64,000 bases of DNA, taken from positions 1-64,000 of the forward strand of contig NW_026781940.1 in NCBI RefSeq assembly GCF_031769215.1. The letters are read 5' to 3'. Numbering within the stretch: position 1 is the stretch's first letter; each line of letters begins with the position of its first letter. This DNA is from Ylistrum balloti (lineage: Eukaryota). Positions 50,524 to 61,659 of this stretch are shown here, piece by piece. Below the pieces are notes generated by a model. The model was not told the origin of the DNA, did no database searches, and saw only the letters and a list, made by a program, of their open reading frames with translations. A program made the position numbers and the translations under genes.

Positions 50524-53248
50524 ACCATTCCATTCAAGTTTATTGACACTGAAAAAGATTATAGAGATATAAATTGCACATACATAATTAAACTCAATAT
50601 AAATTTCCATAAAAAACTAAAAAGAAATATTAAAAACTAACATATCATTTATTGCAACATATAGTTCTCTACTAAAATTTAATTAAATTAATACATGCAA
50701 TAAATCAATTTCACATTACTGTTTTGAAAATGTTTTTCTGATATTTGCAACATGGTGTAAACTTTTCATTATATATGGACAAATTGTGATCATGACAAGC
50801 CAAGCGAACCAAAACATCACAAAAAAAAAAGAAGCTCAGATTCAATATGTTTGGGGTCGTTTTTTAAAATTGTTTATTTATTACTCTGAATTGCAACAAA
50901 AAAAAACCCCATATCAATGTTATCAAAATAATAACTGACGACAATATCTTTGGTTCAAAGAGTATTTGCAGGACTTTTGTGTGGTTCTGCCTTCACTTGA
51001 TATATGGTGAATCCATTTGAAGAAGAGTTTATGTAAAATAGAATTTATTCACATGTAAATATTCCACAGTAGTCTTAACAACTAAACACCTGCAATCTTT
51101 GTAAAATAAAATGTACAAGAGGCCATTCGCATGACATCACAATTAGGGTAAAGAGCCTTAACAAGAACACAACCACAACACCACAGACTGGTCCATTTCT
51201 CAGCTCTCAAAGAAAAAGACACAGCCAAGGGTAGGGAGCAGTGAGACATCCACCTGGATCTGAGGTTATCAATATGTAGGCCAGCTGACCAGGCAATTGT
51301 GAATTCTGCTGGTAACTTGTGCTGTGTTTTACTGCACAAGACCAATGTTGCCTATATAAGTTGTGATGTCCAATGTTTTAATTCAGTAACTACATTACGT
51401 GAATGCAATATTTACGAAACATCCAGATTTAGCAATTTTGGGGTGCATATTAGAGAGGCTCCCGCAGACAAAAAGAAATGGTATACACAAGTGAAACGGA
51501 AAACATAACAAAAAGACTGGAATAAGTTTATCAGTAAAAATTTTGGCATATTCAAGGAAGGCTTTATCAATCTTACAAAGAAAATAAATACCAAATATTC
51601 ATCATTCACACAATTTGATTGTACAGTATATAAAAAATCAATTTTCAAATACAATAATTATTCTGAAGTCCAGCAAACTCGGATGTTTCATATCAAACTA
51701 ATACAAATCAATGACATTTGAACTTCAAGTAAAAAAATTTCAAAACTAAAACAAAAACAGATAAGGAGAATCAAATCCCTAAAGAATACTACACGTACCA
51801 GCCATTCTATAAAGCTTCCAAAAGCTCGAGGAAACTTTCTCTAAAAAAAAAAACGCTATATAATATTAACAAAACAGTTGTTACATGTCTGCATTGATAA
51901 AAATGTCCTAAAATGTATATTATATCATTTTTATATATATATAGAGATATATAGATAATAAAATAACTCACCACCACAGAACAAAATGCATCCACCTGAC
52001 AGGGATATATTGGTAAATTACCTCCCCTAGTAATAGTAACACATACAGTATGTGTGTAGACGTTAACAAACAATATCTCTCCCATGATTTATATATCATT
52101 ATGTAGATACAAATATTAAACCCTTATCTCCTTTTCTCTGCTGCATGTACAATCATAACATTATCATGTAGTGTGTTTTCGCATTTTGAACGATTCTGGC
52201 ATATGGTTTGTGCCCTTTGGAAGATTAGTGCATGCTACACGCATCTTACATTCAAGTGATGAAGCACTACAATGCAAAGCTGCCATTAAAATGAATTTCC
52301 ATCACAACTGATGAGTATTTTTTTCAAAGTCACAGATACAATACAAAATACAATGAAAGTATACTCAAAAAATTAAAGTCACATTCCAGCCAATCTGTTT
52401 CCTGTACAATCATTAAGTTATGTTTAAATTTTGTCCCTTTACAGACGTTCAACAAGAAATTCCCACAAAATTCCAAAGAAACTTCAACTTTTTTTAAGGA
52501 TTTAATTTTCTTCCTGGTGGTTTATCAAAGGATAAAGTTCATTGTAATATCAAAACTTGGAATTGACCTTGAAAAAATCCACAAATCAATATTTTTAAAC
52601 GATGTTTGAATTTTATCACAGAAAACACCACATGCTGTTCTTCACTTTAGACAGATGGTCTAGGTAAACAGGCGTTTATATTGGAAAGTCATGATTATTA
52701 ATTGTATATGATGTGATATGTATCATCAAAAAAACCCACTCACAAGCAAGAACTGACTTACAGATTGATTTGTTATTTATATTAAAAACTGTTCAAAACA
52801 AACTTCTCACAAACTAAAATAAAAATACAAGCTGGAATTAAAAAAAAATCTAGATTCTGTTTCCTAGATGTTATATCAGCAACAAAATAAATTGAATGAT
52901 AAAAAAAAAACAAAACAAAAAACAGAGCAATTGTGATTATTAATCATAATAACAAAAATATGTACCTGTTATATAAACTTATAGGTGCTATTACTTTTAG
53001 TCCAAAGTACAAACATTTCCTCAAAATTTCTGTTGGTAAATCTAGTATCTGTAAAATCAATCTTGTATCATTTAACCCTCCGCCTACTGCACCACAAACA
53101 AATTTAAAAAAAATGAAAATACAGTTTTATATGTATGCTTACAAAAAAAAAAACTGATAAATTTATATTCTAAAATAGAAACAGTAAATCTGTATAAAAT
53201 TGAGTTTTCTTTGATACATGTACTTATTTCACAGAGGAGTTGTCTCCC

Positions 53249-54706
53249 TTAACAATCGCCATGGTGACAGACTTCAGTGAGGGTGTTGATCAGCATGTAA
53301 CGAGAGAAGATGAGATAAAGGATGCGGAACCAAGTCAGCTGACTTCTGTGTGCGAACATTGCTCTCTGCAATAAAAATCAATATCAACAAGAAAATGCGA
53401 GAACTATCAATATTCTTATCAAAGATCATCCAAATGTGAAAATTTTATCAAACAAGAGTACTGCGAACAGTACAAAAGCTTGCCTCACATTGTTTACAGC
53501 TAAACTGTAAACTAGCACTCAGCGACAGACTTTTTTCCAAGAAATTACTCATTCGAACTCCATGAAGCAATAGTAAACTCCCACAACAACCCCCCTACCA
53601 AATATTAGTACCCTTGTACACTTCTATACGAGCCTATCAATGCCAATGCCAACGTCAAAAGTCTCCTAGAGTCTCCAGTAAAATATCCTCTTATTTTGAT
53701 GTTTGACCCTTAAGATGATGATAGTTCACTGAAGGCTTTAGGAGACTTTTGACGTCCTTTATGCTCATAAGATGTGTTTTTCAGCTTGCCTCTCAAAGAG
53801 GGCGGTGAGTCAGCATCCAGCATCGGCGTTGGCGTTGGCGTTAGCAAATGTACCTACATACCACAAATATCATTTGGTTTACTGATGAAGGTCAGCCATG
53901 TTTATCTCAAACTTTAAACTTTTCCTGTTTTGTATTTTACTTGTCTATTAGAACTGCTCTAGATTTCCTAATTATTGAAATTAAATTATTAAACTATTCA
54001 TATTTGATTTAATGACCATGAATGTCAAGGGTCAAGGTTATATATTAGCACAAACATGATAGTCTGTCACGTTACCATGCAAATGACTCATTAACTTGAC
54101 TCTAGGCTGCTTTGTAACTCAGATGGAGTTGCTTTGAAAAGTTAATGCTGAATGCGCCCAAACACACCAATGCATACGCGTATTATGCAAAATTTTCCAA
54201 ATCAACCCCCTTCTCTCGAACACTCCAACATCACAACCAATCTTTTTATACACTCTTAGTAAAAATAAAGACCAAAACAACAAGATTTGGCAGTTTGTAA
54301 AGAATTTTCCCATTTATCATTCTTTTTTTTAAATCTCACAATTTATTATCTGTTAAGTTATACAAGTGAAACCTTACCCAAGACTTAAAGACAGCTAATG
54401 GTGAGGAGATGTAGATGTTTCGTGACATAACATAGGACAACGGCAGATCCAGGATGGAGACATACTTGCGGAGGATGTTTACACTGTTCAGACAGAATAC
54501 TCTAGAATCTGAAAAATTAGAAAATGCACATTTTTACAACCATATCCATTAACACCTCTTTCAACATCTCCGATCATCACGTGTAGGTTGACTTCAGCTA
54601 AATAAACTTGGACAGTGTACATGCAATGTAATCACCTGAAGATGGCCGTGAGGCCTGAAAATGTTAGTGATATATTTGTTTGTCATGTTAAGTGATTAAT
54701 TCTCTC

Positions 54707-54748
<42 letters not shown>

Positions 54749-57700
54749 CTTCACCAGCTAAAATCAATTAAATTTAAGGAAAGCATATGATTATTTTGCA
54801 ATCTCTAAATGTCACCAACAACTAGTAGTTTGATGTTTACTGTCATGCTTGATGATTTAGAGTTACCACAATGACATATCTAAAAGAGAAATCAATTAAT
54901 TGATAAGTAACAATACGTACATTGTGGCATAATCCCTTGGTTACACAGGCTCCTGAAACAATCAATAATTTTCACTTTATCTTAGAATCTGCTTATATTT
55001 ATATTTATATTAATATAGATTTGTGAATTCTGTAATTCAAAACCTAAAACAAGCTGTCACCATCAGGAAACTTAAAAACCAAAAATCCTAACAAACAAAC
55101 AGCTGTTTTCGAAAGTTTTAAACTTTAAACATTTAGTGCTGATGTAGATGACCTCAATATGAATAATAAAAGTACAGGGTTAATAGGGGAAGTTTAACAA
55201 GAGATCCCAGAGGGTTCTTGTCGCCCACCATTGTTTGATCTTTATACAGTAGTTCTCAAGAAATAGCAATAACAAACTTTCAAAGTTAAAGTACAAGATG
55301 GCTGCCTGGAAGCCATTTTTGTTTTATCATAACCAAAATCAAATGGCACAACTAGGGACCAAGGGAAATCTACATACGCAATTTAAGAAAGATCCATCGA
55401 GAACTTCTCAAGAAATAGCAATAACAAAAATTGTTAATGGATGGACAGACCATGGATGCAGAGCGATTTGAATAGCCCACCCTCAACAGATGGCGGGCTA
55501 AAAATGCATAGGTTTCATGAAATCTGACATTGCTGTTAGTTAGAAAAAAAAAAAATACCCTAAGTCACATTAAAATATTTTGGTTTCTAATAGGTCAGTT
55601 TTGCTTAATTTTTTTTTTTTTTAATTTCATTTCATTCAAAGTTTGTTTCTAATGATATCTATTGTACATTGATATAGTATAATTGCATTTGATATGTCTC
55701 ATTAACTTACAATCAGGTACAATGACTCACTATTCAGCTCTATAAATGAACCAATCGTATTACATTGTAAAGGGAGATAAATCTTTTAGCCAGCAACTAC
55801 AGATGTAGACCAATACTTACAGGAGAGCAGAATAAACAGCTTTATGGTTACTGTGGCCACTAACTCCACTGGAGTCAAATGTGATAACCTGTTAACAAAC
55901 ATGTAGGTGTATTAAAGAAATCAGTTAGAGCTCGTATATCTGGTTATCAGATCTCCAGATATGATCGTATGATTGGTTTGGTAAAAATAAGACAAGAAAT
56001 TTTTGCAATATGTCTTTTTTTGTTTGTTTAATAGATTATCATCTTGCCAACAACCATGGTCAACTGGAGGCAGGGACTTCTTGTAGCAGGTGGCTATGAC
56101 ACTGAACAACATAAGGAAGGCCCATCACATGACTTGCATGCTACCCGAAGAAAATGGTGTAAAGTGTCTTGTCCAATGACACAAACACATCACAGGACAA
56201 ATCATGTTTTCAGTTTCCTGAGAAATACAAATAGTTCCCTTACTGAGAGCCCAATGCTCTACCCACTGACCTTACTTGTTTCATATACCTACATAACTTA
56301 CATTATCAAATGCTCCAGGAATGATTATCAGTATACTGCAGTCAGATCACATGTATTGTTATCATAGAAACTATTGAGAATGATTCTAGATTCAGTTCTA
56401 GGAAATTGTTATTCTTCACAGCTTTGATTGTCCTAATATTTTCATTCTACATTCAATTTTGTAGTTTAATTGTAAATAGTTACATTAAAGCTGTGCCCTT
56501 TCATTTTTCATTAAATTAAGATTACCACTCAATAAAGATTACTGCTTAAGTAAGATTACCACTTAAATATGATTACCACTAAATTATGATTATTGATAAA
56601 GTAAGATTTCCACTGAAATAAGTTTACCAATAAATTAAAATTACTGATACAGTAAAATTACCAATAAAATATGATTGCCACTCAATTAAGATTGCCACTA
56701 AAATAAGATCTCATCCAAGTTATGCTAGTTTACAGTACCATAAATCTGATGTGATATACTTACAGCATTTGGCTGTATTTTGTAGATGGTGGAGCGTATT
56801 CTGTCACTCACAACTTCTTCATCCCAAGATACGGAGGGATCATCAGGATAAAGGCTTAAAAATGACATAAAATTTCTAAATTATTCACTACAAAATCATC
56901 AACTTACTTATACACCTCTGTGCATTGTGTATACTTGTTTGACAGGCTAACAAATGATTTTTTTTTCATAATCATAGTTCAATTTTCAGTACAAATGATT
57001 TTGCAAAATACAATAACGAAATGTGATCTGTCTTACTTCTTACACTTGTATTTGTATCAAATTTGTGTTTCTCCAGACATTGACAAGTAAATCTAAAGTC
57101 AAAGGACGTCTTAATTTACACTACAATTATATCATAATTAATTTTAAGACTAATTAATTGATTATTGATACGTTACATTTATATTGTAAATATGTGCCTC
57201 ATTACCTAATGTGGGTATTATGTACATAAGTTGAGTCAAATTTCTACGACCAGAATGTTAGCCATATTCTGTCTGGGCTCAGATCATTAACTTGAAAATA
57301 TCTTTTATCTGGTAAGACATACATACATTTGTATACAGTATGAAGATGTAAATAAAGAAAAAAATCATTGCTGCTGGTTGTTTAACTAGCTTTTTTACCT
57401 GATGTGACGATAAGATTGTTATTTTTCATCACTGACCAGCAGTACCTTCATATTTTTGTTGCGTTTTAGCAAAAACAAAATACATATTACACTGTATGAA
57501 TACTAACAGTGTTAATTGACAATGATATTCATTCTGATGTAAATTTGAAGTAATTGAGATATTAAACAGTTACAAAAAAACTGAAGATTTTAGATGATAG
57601 TTGGTTATGGATTTTTAACCATTTCCTAGCATTAGTAATGGTAGTGTCAATCTAAATACTGATGAGTCAAAATGAACTTACTAACATGTAAACAGCTGTG

Positions 57701-60700
57701 ATCTCGGTGATGTCACAACATAAAACCACGATCTTACTAACATGTAAACAGCTGTGATCTCGGTGATGTCACAACATAAAACCACGATCTTACTAACATG
57801 TCTACAGCTGTGATCTCAGTGATGTCGTAACATAAAACCACGATCTTACTAACATGTATACAGCTGTGATCTCGGTGATGTCACAACATAAAACCACGAT
57901 CTTACTAACATGTAAACAGCTGTGATCTCGGTGATGTCACAACATAAAACCACGATCTTACTAACATGTAAACAGCTGTGATCTCGGTGATGTCACAACA
58001 TAAAACCACGATCTTACTAACATGTCTACAGCTGTGATCTCAGTGATGTCGTAACATAAAACCACGATCTTACTAACATGTATACAGCTGTGATCTCGGT
58101 GATGTCACAACATAAAACCACGATCTTACTAACATGTATACAGCTGTGATCTCGGTGATGTCACAACATAAAACCATGAACTTACTAACATGTCTACAGC
58201 TGTGATCTCGGTGATGTCACAACATAAAACCACGATCTTACTAACATGTAAACAGCTGTGATCTTGGTGATGTCACAACATAAAACCACGATCTTACTAA
58301 CATGTCTACAGCTGTGATCTCTGTGATGTCACAACATAAAACCACGATCTTACTAACATGTATACAGCTGTGATCTCCATGATGTCACAACATAAAACCA
58401 CGATCTTACTAACATGTCTACAGCTGTGATCTCGGTGATGTCACAACATAAAACCACGATCTTACTAACATGTCTACAGCTGTGATCTCCATGATGTCAC
58501 AACATAAAACCACGATCTTACTAACATGTCTACAGCTGTGATCTCGGTGATGTCACAACATAAAACCACGATCTTACTAACATGTCTACAGCTGTGATCT
58601 GGGTGATGGTAGCCATGATTCTTCTAGGTTATTTTTAAAAGAGGACATAATAACATTGTTTTATATGAAAGAAATAAACTTAAGTCGTGTGAATGAGAAA
58701 TTTCAGTATTTCAATTAAAAAAAAAAAAAAAAAAAACAGAAATTATCATTAAAATTAAATTTAACAAATTTCCAAACAATTTTGAAAATTTACACAAAAA
58801 TTGCACTTCAGAGAAATAATCTAATAAACAATACATTTAGGTTTCATCAAAACTATAGTGCATTGTTAAGATCATTTTGCAAACAAATATTTTTCTTGTA
58901 ATGTAACTTGTTGTCCATCAGCTGAAAAATATTTAAGTTAATTTAGAACTTTATATAAAAATAAAGTGTATTATGGGAATTTTTCATGATTAAGACTTGG
59001 AAAATCAACGAAGGTATAAAGTGTTAAGTTCACTTTACCATATAATTATCATGCTGGGCCCAGCTATTGTATCTCAGCAGATAAGATATTGGACTGGAAG
59101 CTACTGATAATACTGAAATAGGAAATCATATTGTATACATTGCTGATATTTTTTCTTTTCCTGAAGCTCTTTGTATTATAATAAACTTTATTTATTTTAC
59201 AACAATTACGAACCAAGTTTTTCCAACTTATATTAATCACTCTTGCTGGCTCAGATGGAAATGCACAAGGGATCTTAGTGTGGGAGGAAACCGGAGTGCC
59301 CAGGGAAAACCCACGTGGTCGGGCAGGTGACCCCATACCTTTTCACATCAATTCCGGGAATCGAACCCCAGACGGCTAGGTGAAAGGCGAGTGTGTTACC
59401 ACTGCACCACCCAGACCACCCCATTCTTTGTGTAATGTTGATATAGTCTATAATGTATGTCATTGTAGGTTTAACTAACCTGTTGTCCTCTATTTTGACC
59501 TGCTGTCTACCAACTCCCAACAGTTCACAGCTTCGTAAAAGTTCCCCTTTACGGCGTTCACCCAATCCATAGTAATTTCCTGCAACACAATAACTGAGAC
59601 CTTATATATATATATATATCATGTTTTACTTTTGTAAATATTTGGTTATGGTTCAAATAGTACAAAGAAGGAAACAAACAAACAACAATATACAGACTAC
59701 AACATGGTTCATATTATTTGCAGAAATACTTTTTTCAACTCAAGATTCTCTATCTGTTTTCCAAGTAAAATTGTGATGATGCAGTTGTAAATATCATCCA
59801 TTGAATGAATTAATTTTCATCTCAGGGCTCTCGATCTCCCAGATTTGGGGCCGATATTCGGCCCCATTCCCAATGCAAAATAGTATCTTTTTTCCCAATT
59901 TAGACCCCAAGTTTTCCCAATGCTAAGGAAAATACCACTATTTTTCCAAATTCTAAGGGCCCTCGGTCCCAGTCCCAAAATGGTGTGTGAGAGCCCTGCA
60001 TCTTCAATATCATTTCAATATAGGACTATTTTCAATTATTTCAAACTGATATTCAGATTATTAACAAATAATGAACTAAAAAAGTATATATATATATATA
60101 TAAATGTATCTATATATATATATATAAACGTTATGATAAAGAACTGTCAGATATTGATGTTTCTCATATTAATAGATACCAAGAAGAACTCAGTAAATCT
60201 TGCATGACTTTTTCCTGGAAAGTTCTGAACACCATTTCTAAAATATTGATCAATAAAAGATAAGATAGATTTCTATCCTATAAATAGGAAACTATCGAAA
60301 CATTCCTCAAAAATGGAGTGAGTCTCACATCATGAATCTTGGACTCAAATATCCAAAATGTTATGGACTAGTTATATGAATAAGTTGATAAATAATATGC
60401 AAAATGCAATATAATTTTCATTTTTTCATACTTTCTGTGTGAAGTATCATATTTATGATTTAATCATTTGTGTATATTTATATATTCATCAGAAAAAAAA
60501 TCTGCAATGTATATGCGTTAAAAGAAGGGAGGGAACTCCAGTCGAGTATAAGATCTCCAACAAGTTGTGTTTTATTGCACTGTAATGAAATGAAATATAA
60601 AATGATAAAAAATGAAAATGAAGATTCATTTTATATTCTTAAGATCTGTAGAGATTTATAGCATTAATATCGGAACACAAACGATCGATAAGCCAATATA

Positions 60701-61305
60701 GCCCCCCCCCCCCCGCCATTTCCTCCCTTTCAATACTAGTAGGAGAAAAAACTACTGCATGGATGCATGGAATATGCGGGAGAGTTTCAGCTAGAGAAGG
60801 TAAGGCTATTGATGTTACATGGGAAATTAAATCCAACGTCAGAAGGATTCGAACCATAACCTGGGGTAGTATGGTCTGTATCGTGTCAGATCAGCTCCAA
60901 ACATGGATATATCCTATGAGGACACGCCCACACAACATTGGTCATAATAGTGAGGTCTAATACTTCAGATTAATAACTGACCTTATTACGAACCGATAAT
61001 GTGTAGACGAAATTATTATATATACCTGTTGTAAGACACAATATGCTGACCAAATGTCCTTCCCGAACAAGAGACAACACAACCGGAGCCAAAAACATGC
61101 ATTCGTCATCTGGGTGAGCGGTGATCAAAAGGATTTTTTGATGTACAGATGCAGGTATTGTTCTATAATTGAAGCTTCGTATACTTCCGAAGACTAGATA
61201 TACCACTACCGCTAAGATCAAATATGGATATACAACGTAAGTTGTTATTTCTTCCTGGTGTGTTGATAAGAACTCCACAAAGTCGGCTGTCAAGTTTCCC
61301 GCCAT
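53249..61305 (-). CDS. PIGL: N-acetylglucosaminyl-phosphatidylinositol de-N-acetylase, 272 aa, 7 exons
   Basis: Exons 61305-61026, 59579-59480, 56854-56764, 55888-55821, 54952-54921, 54508-54378, 53365-53249; GT-AG, phases consistent, 819 nt. N-terminal TM anchor, [23 protein letters not shown]...[27 protein letters not shown] and HRSQL.WFR.LY..FSRYM are diagnostic. Confidence 0.95.
53652..53755. repeat. Short inverted repeat / mini-MITE with 28-bp arms
   Basis: acgtcaaaagtctcctagagtctccagt (53652-53679) versus actgaaggctttaggagacttttgacgt (53728-53755); lies among HINE fragments. Confidence 0.6.
55196..55504 (-). mobile_element. HINE-like element, inverted orientation
   Basis: Minus strand begins tttttagcccgcc..gggtgggcta (5' hairpin) and ends with a caagaaccc/gggatctcttg hairpin + tt; core shared with 4380-4680. 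Confidence 0.65.
56035..56190 (+). pseudogene. Kelch-repeat-like exon remnant, antisense within PIGL intron 3
   Basis: Strong acceptor (tttttttgtttgtttaatag) followed by [43 protein letters not shown]; the GG...W spacing fits a Kelch blade. Confidence 0.4.
56518..56710 (+). repeat. Degenerate 17-bp minisatellite (~11 copies, AAGATTACCACTNAAAT) with a 3-unit higher-order period
   Basis: Units are countable at 17-bp spacing; every third unit has the variant TA(C/T)TG.TA.AGT. Confidence 0.75.
57672..58608 (-). repeat. Minisatellite, 17 copies of a 56-bp unit, each carrying TTA|GTAAG in the PIGL sense orientation
   Basis: CTTAC occurs at 57677 and every 56 bp to 58573; plus-strand unit cttactaacatgt(a/c)(a/t)acagctgtgatctcggtgatgtcacaacataaaaccacgat. 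Confidence 0.95.
59175..59422 (-). mobile_element. tRNA-derived SINE with V-type central domain
   Basis: Minus strand: A box TGGTGCAGTGG, B box GGTTCGATTCC, core GTGGGTTTTCCCTGGGCACTCCGGTTTCCTCCCAC, A-rich tail aaataaataaag. Confidence 0.75.
59823..59998 (-). mobile_element. Second copy of the CAGGGCTCTC-TIR MITE with 5-bp TSD
   Basis: cagggctctc at 59823, gagagccctg ending 59998, flanked by CATCT on both sides; reverse complement is similar to 7844-8007. Confidence 0.85.
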
Positions 61306-61659
61306 CTTGGAATTTGAACTATTTCTGAAAGTCGTAGATTATGTTATAAAGTATCATTTTTAGATTGACTGATCAAATATTGTCGATACTACAAGATGTA
61401 TATATAATTGGACAATTATTTTAAGAGTTACTATATAGTCCCAAATTCTCGATGAATAATTTTCTTTGCGACATATATATATCCATTAATGGCAGTCGCG
61501 CATGCCCAAAGCATGTAAACAGTGTTGCTAGGGACAAACATGGTGGAAAATGTGTTACTGAAAGTCTTCCTATGGTTATTTTGAGGAATTTAAAGGGATA
61601 TAGGTGTATATAGAGACAATCTAGAGTCCTTATTCATCTGTGTTTTAGCGGAAACAAAT
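61306..61659. promoter_or_regulatory. Bidirectional promoter PIGL/CFAP251 with forkhead, RFX and NRF1-like sites
   Basis: 354 bp between divergent ATGs; GCGCATGC 61498-61505; GTAAACA 61515-61521; TGTTGCTAGG (RFX half-site, reverse CCTAGCAACA) 61523-61532; YY1-type AAGATGGCGG overlaps the PIGL ATG. Confidence 0.65.

Noticed and set aside
55700-55740. Candidate PIGL exon 5 (29 nt, correct phases)
   Set aside because: Contains in-frame TAG TGA; the 32-nt exon at 54952-54921 fits without stops.
59360-59422. tRNA-like sequence with A and B boxes
   Set aside because: Continues into a V-type SINE core and has diverged copies elsewhere; no complete cloverleaf.
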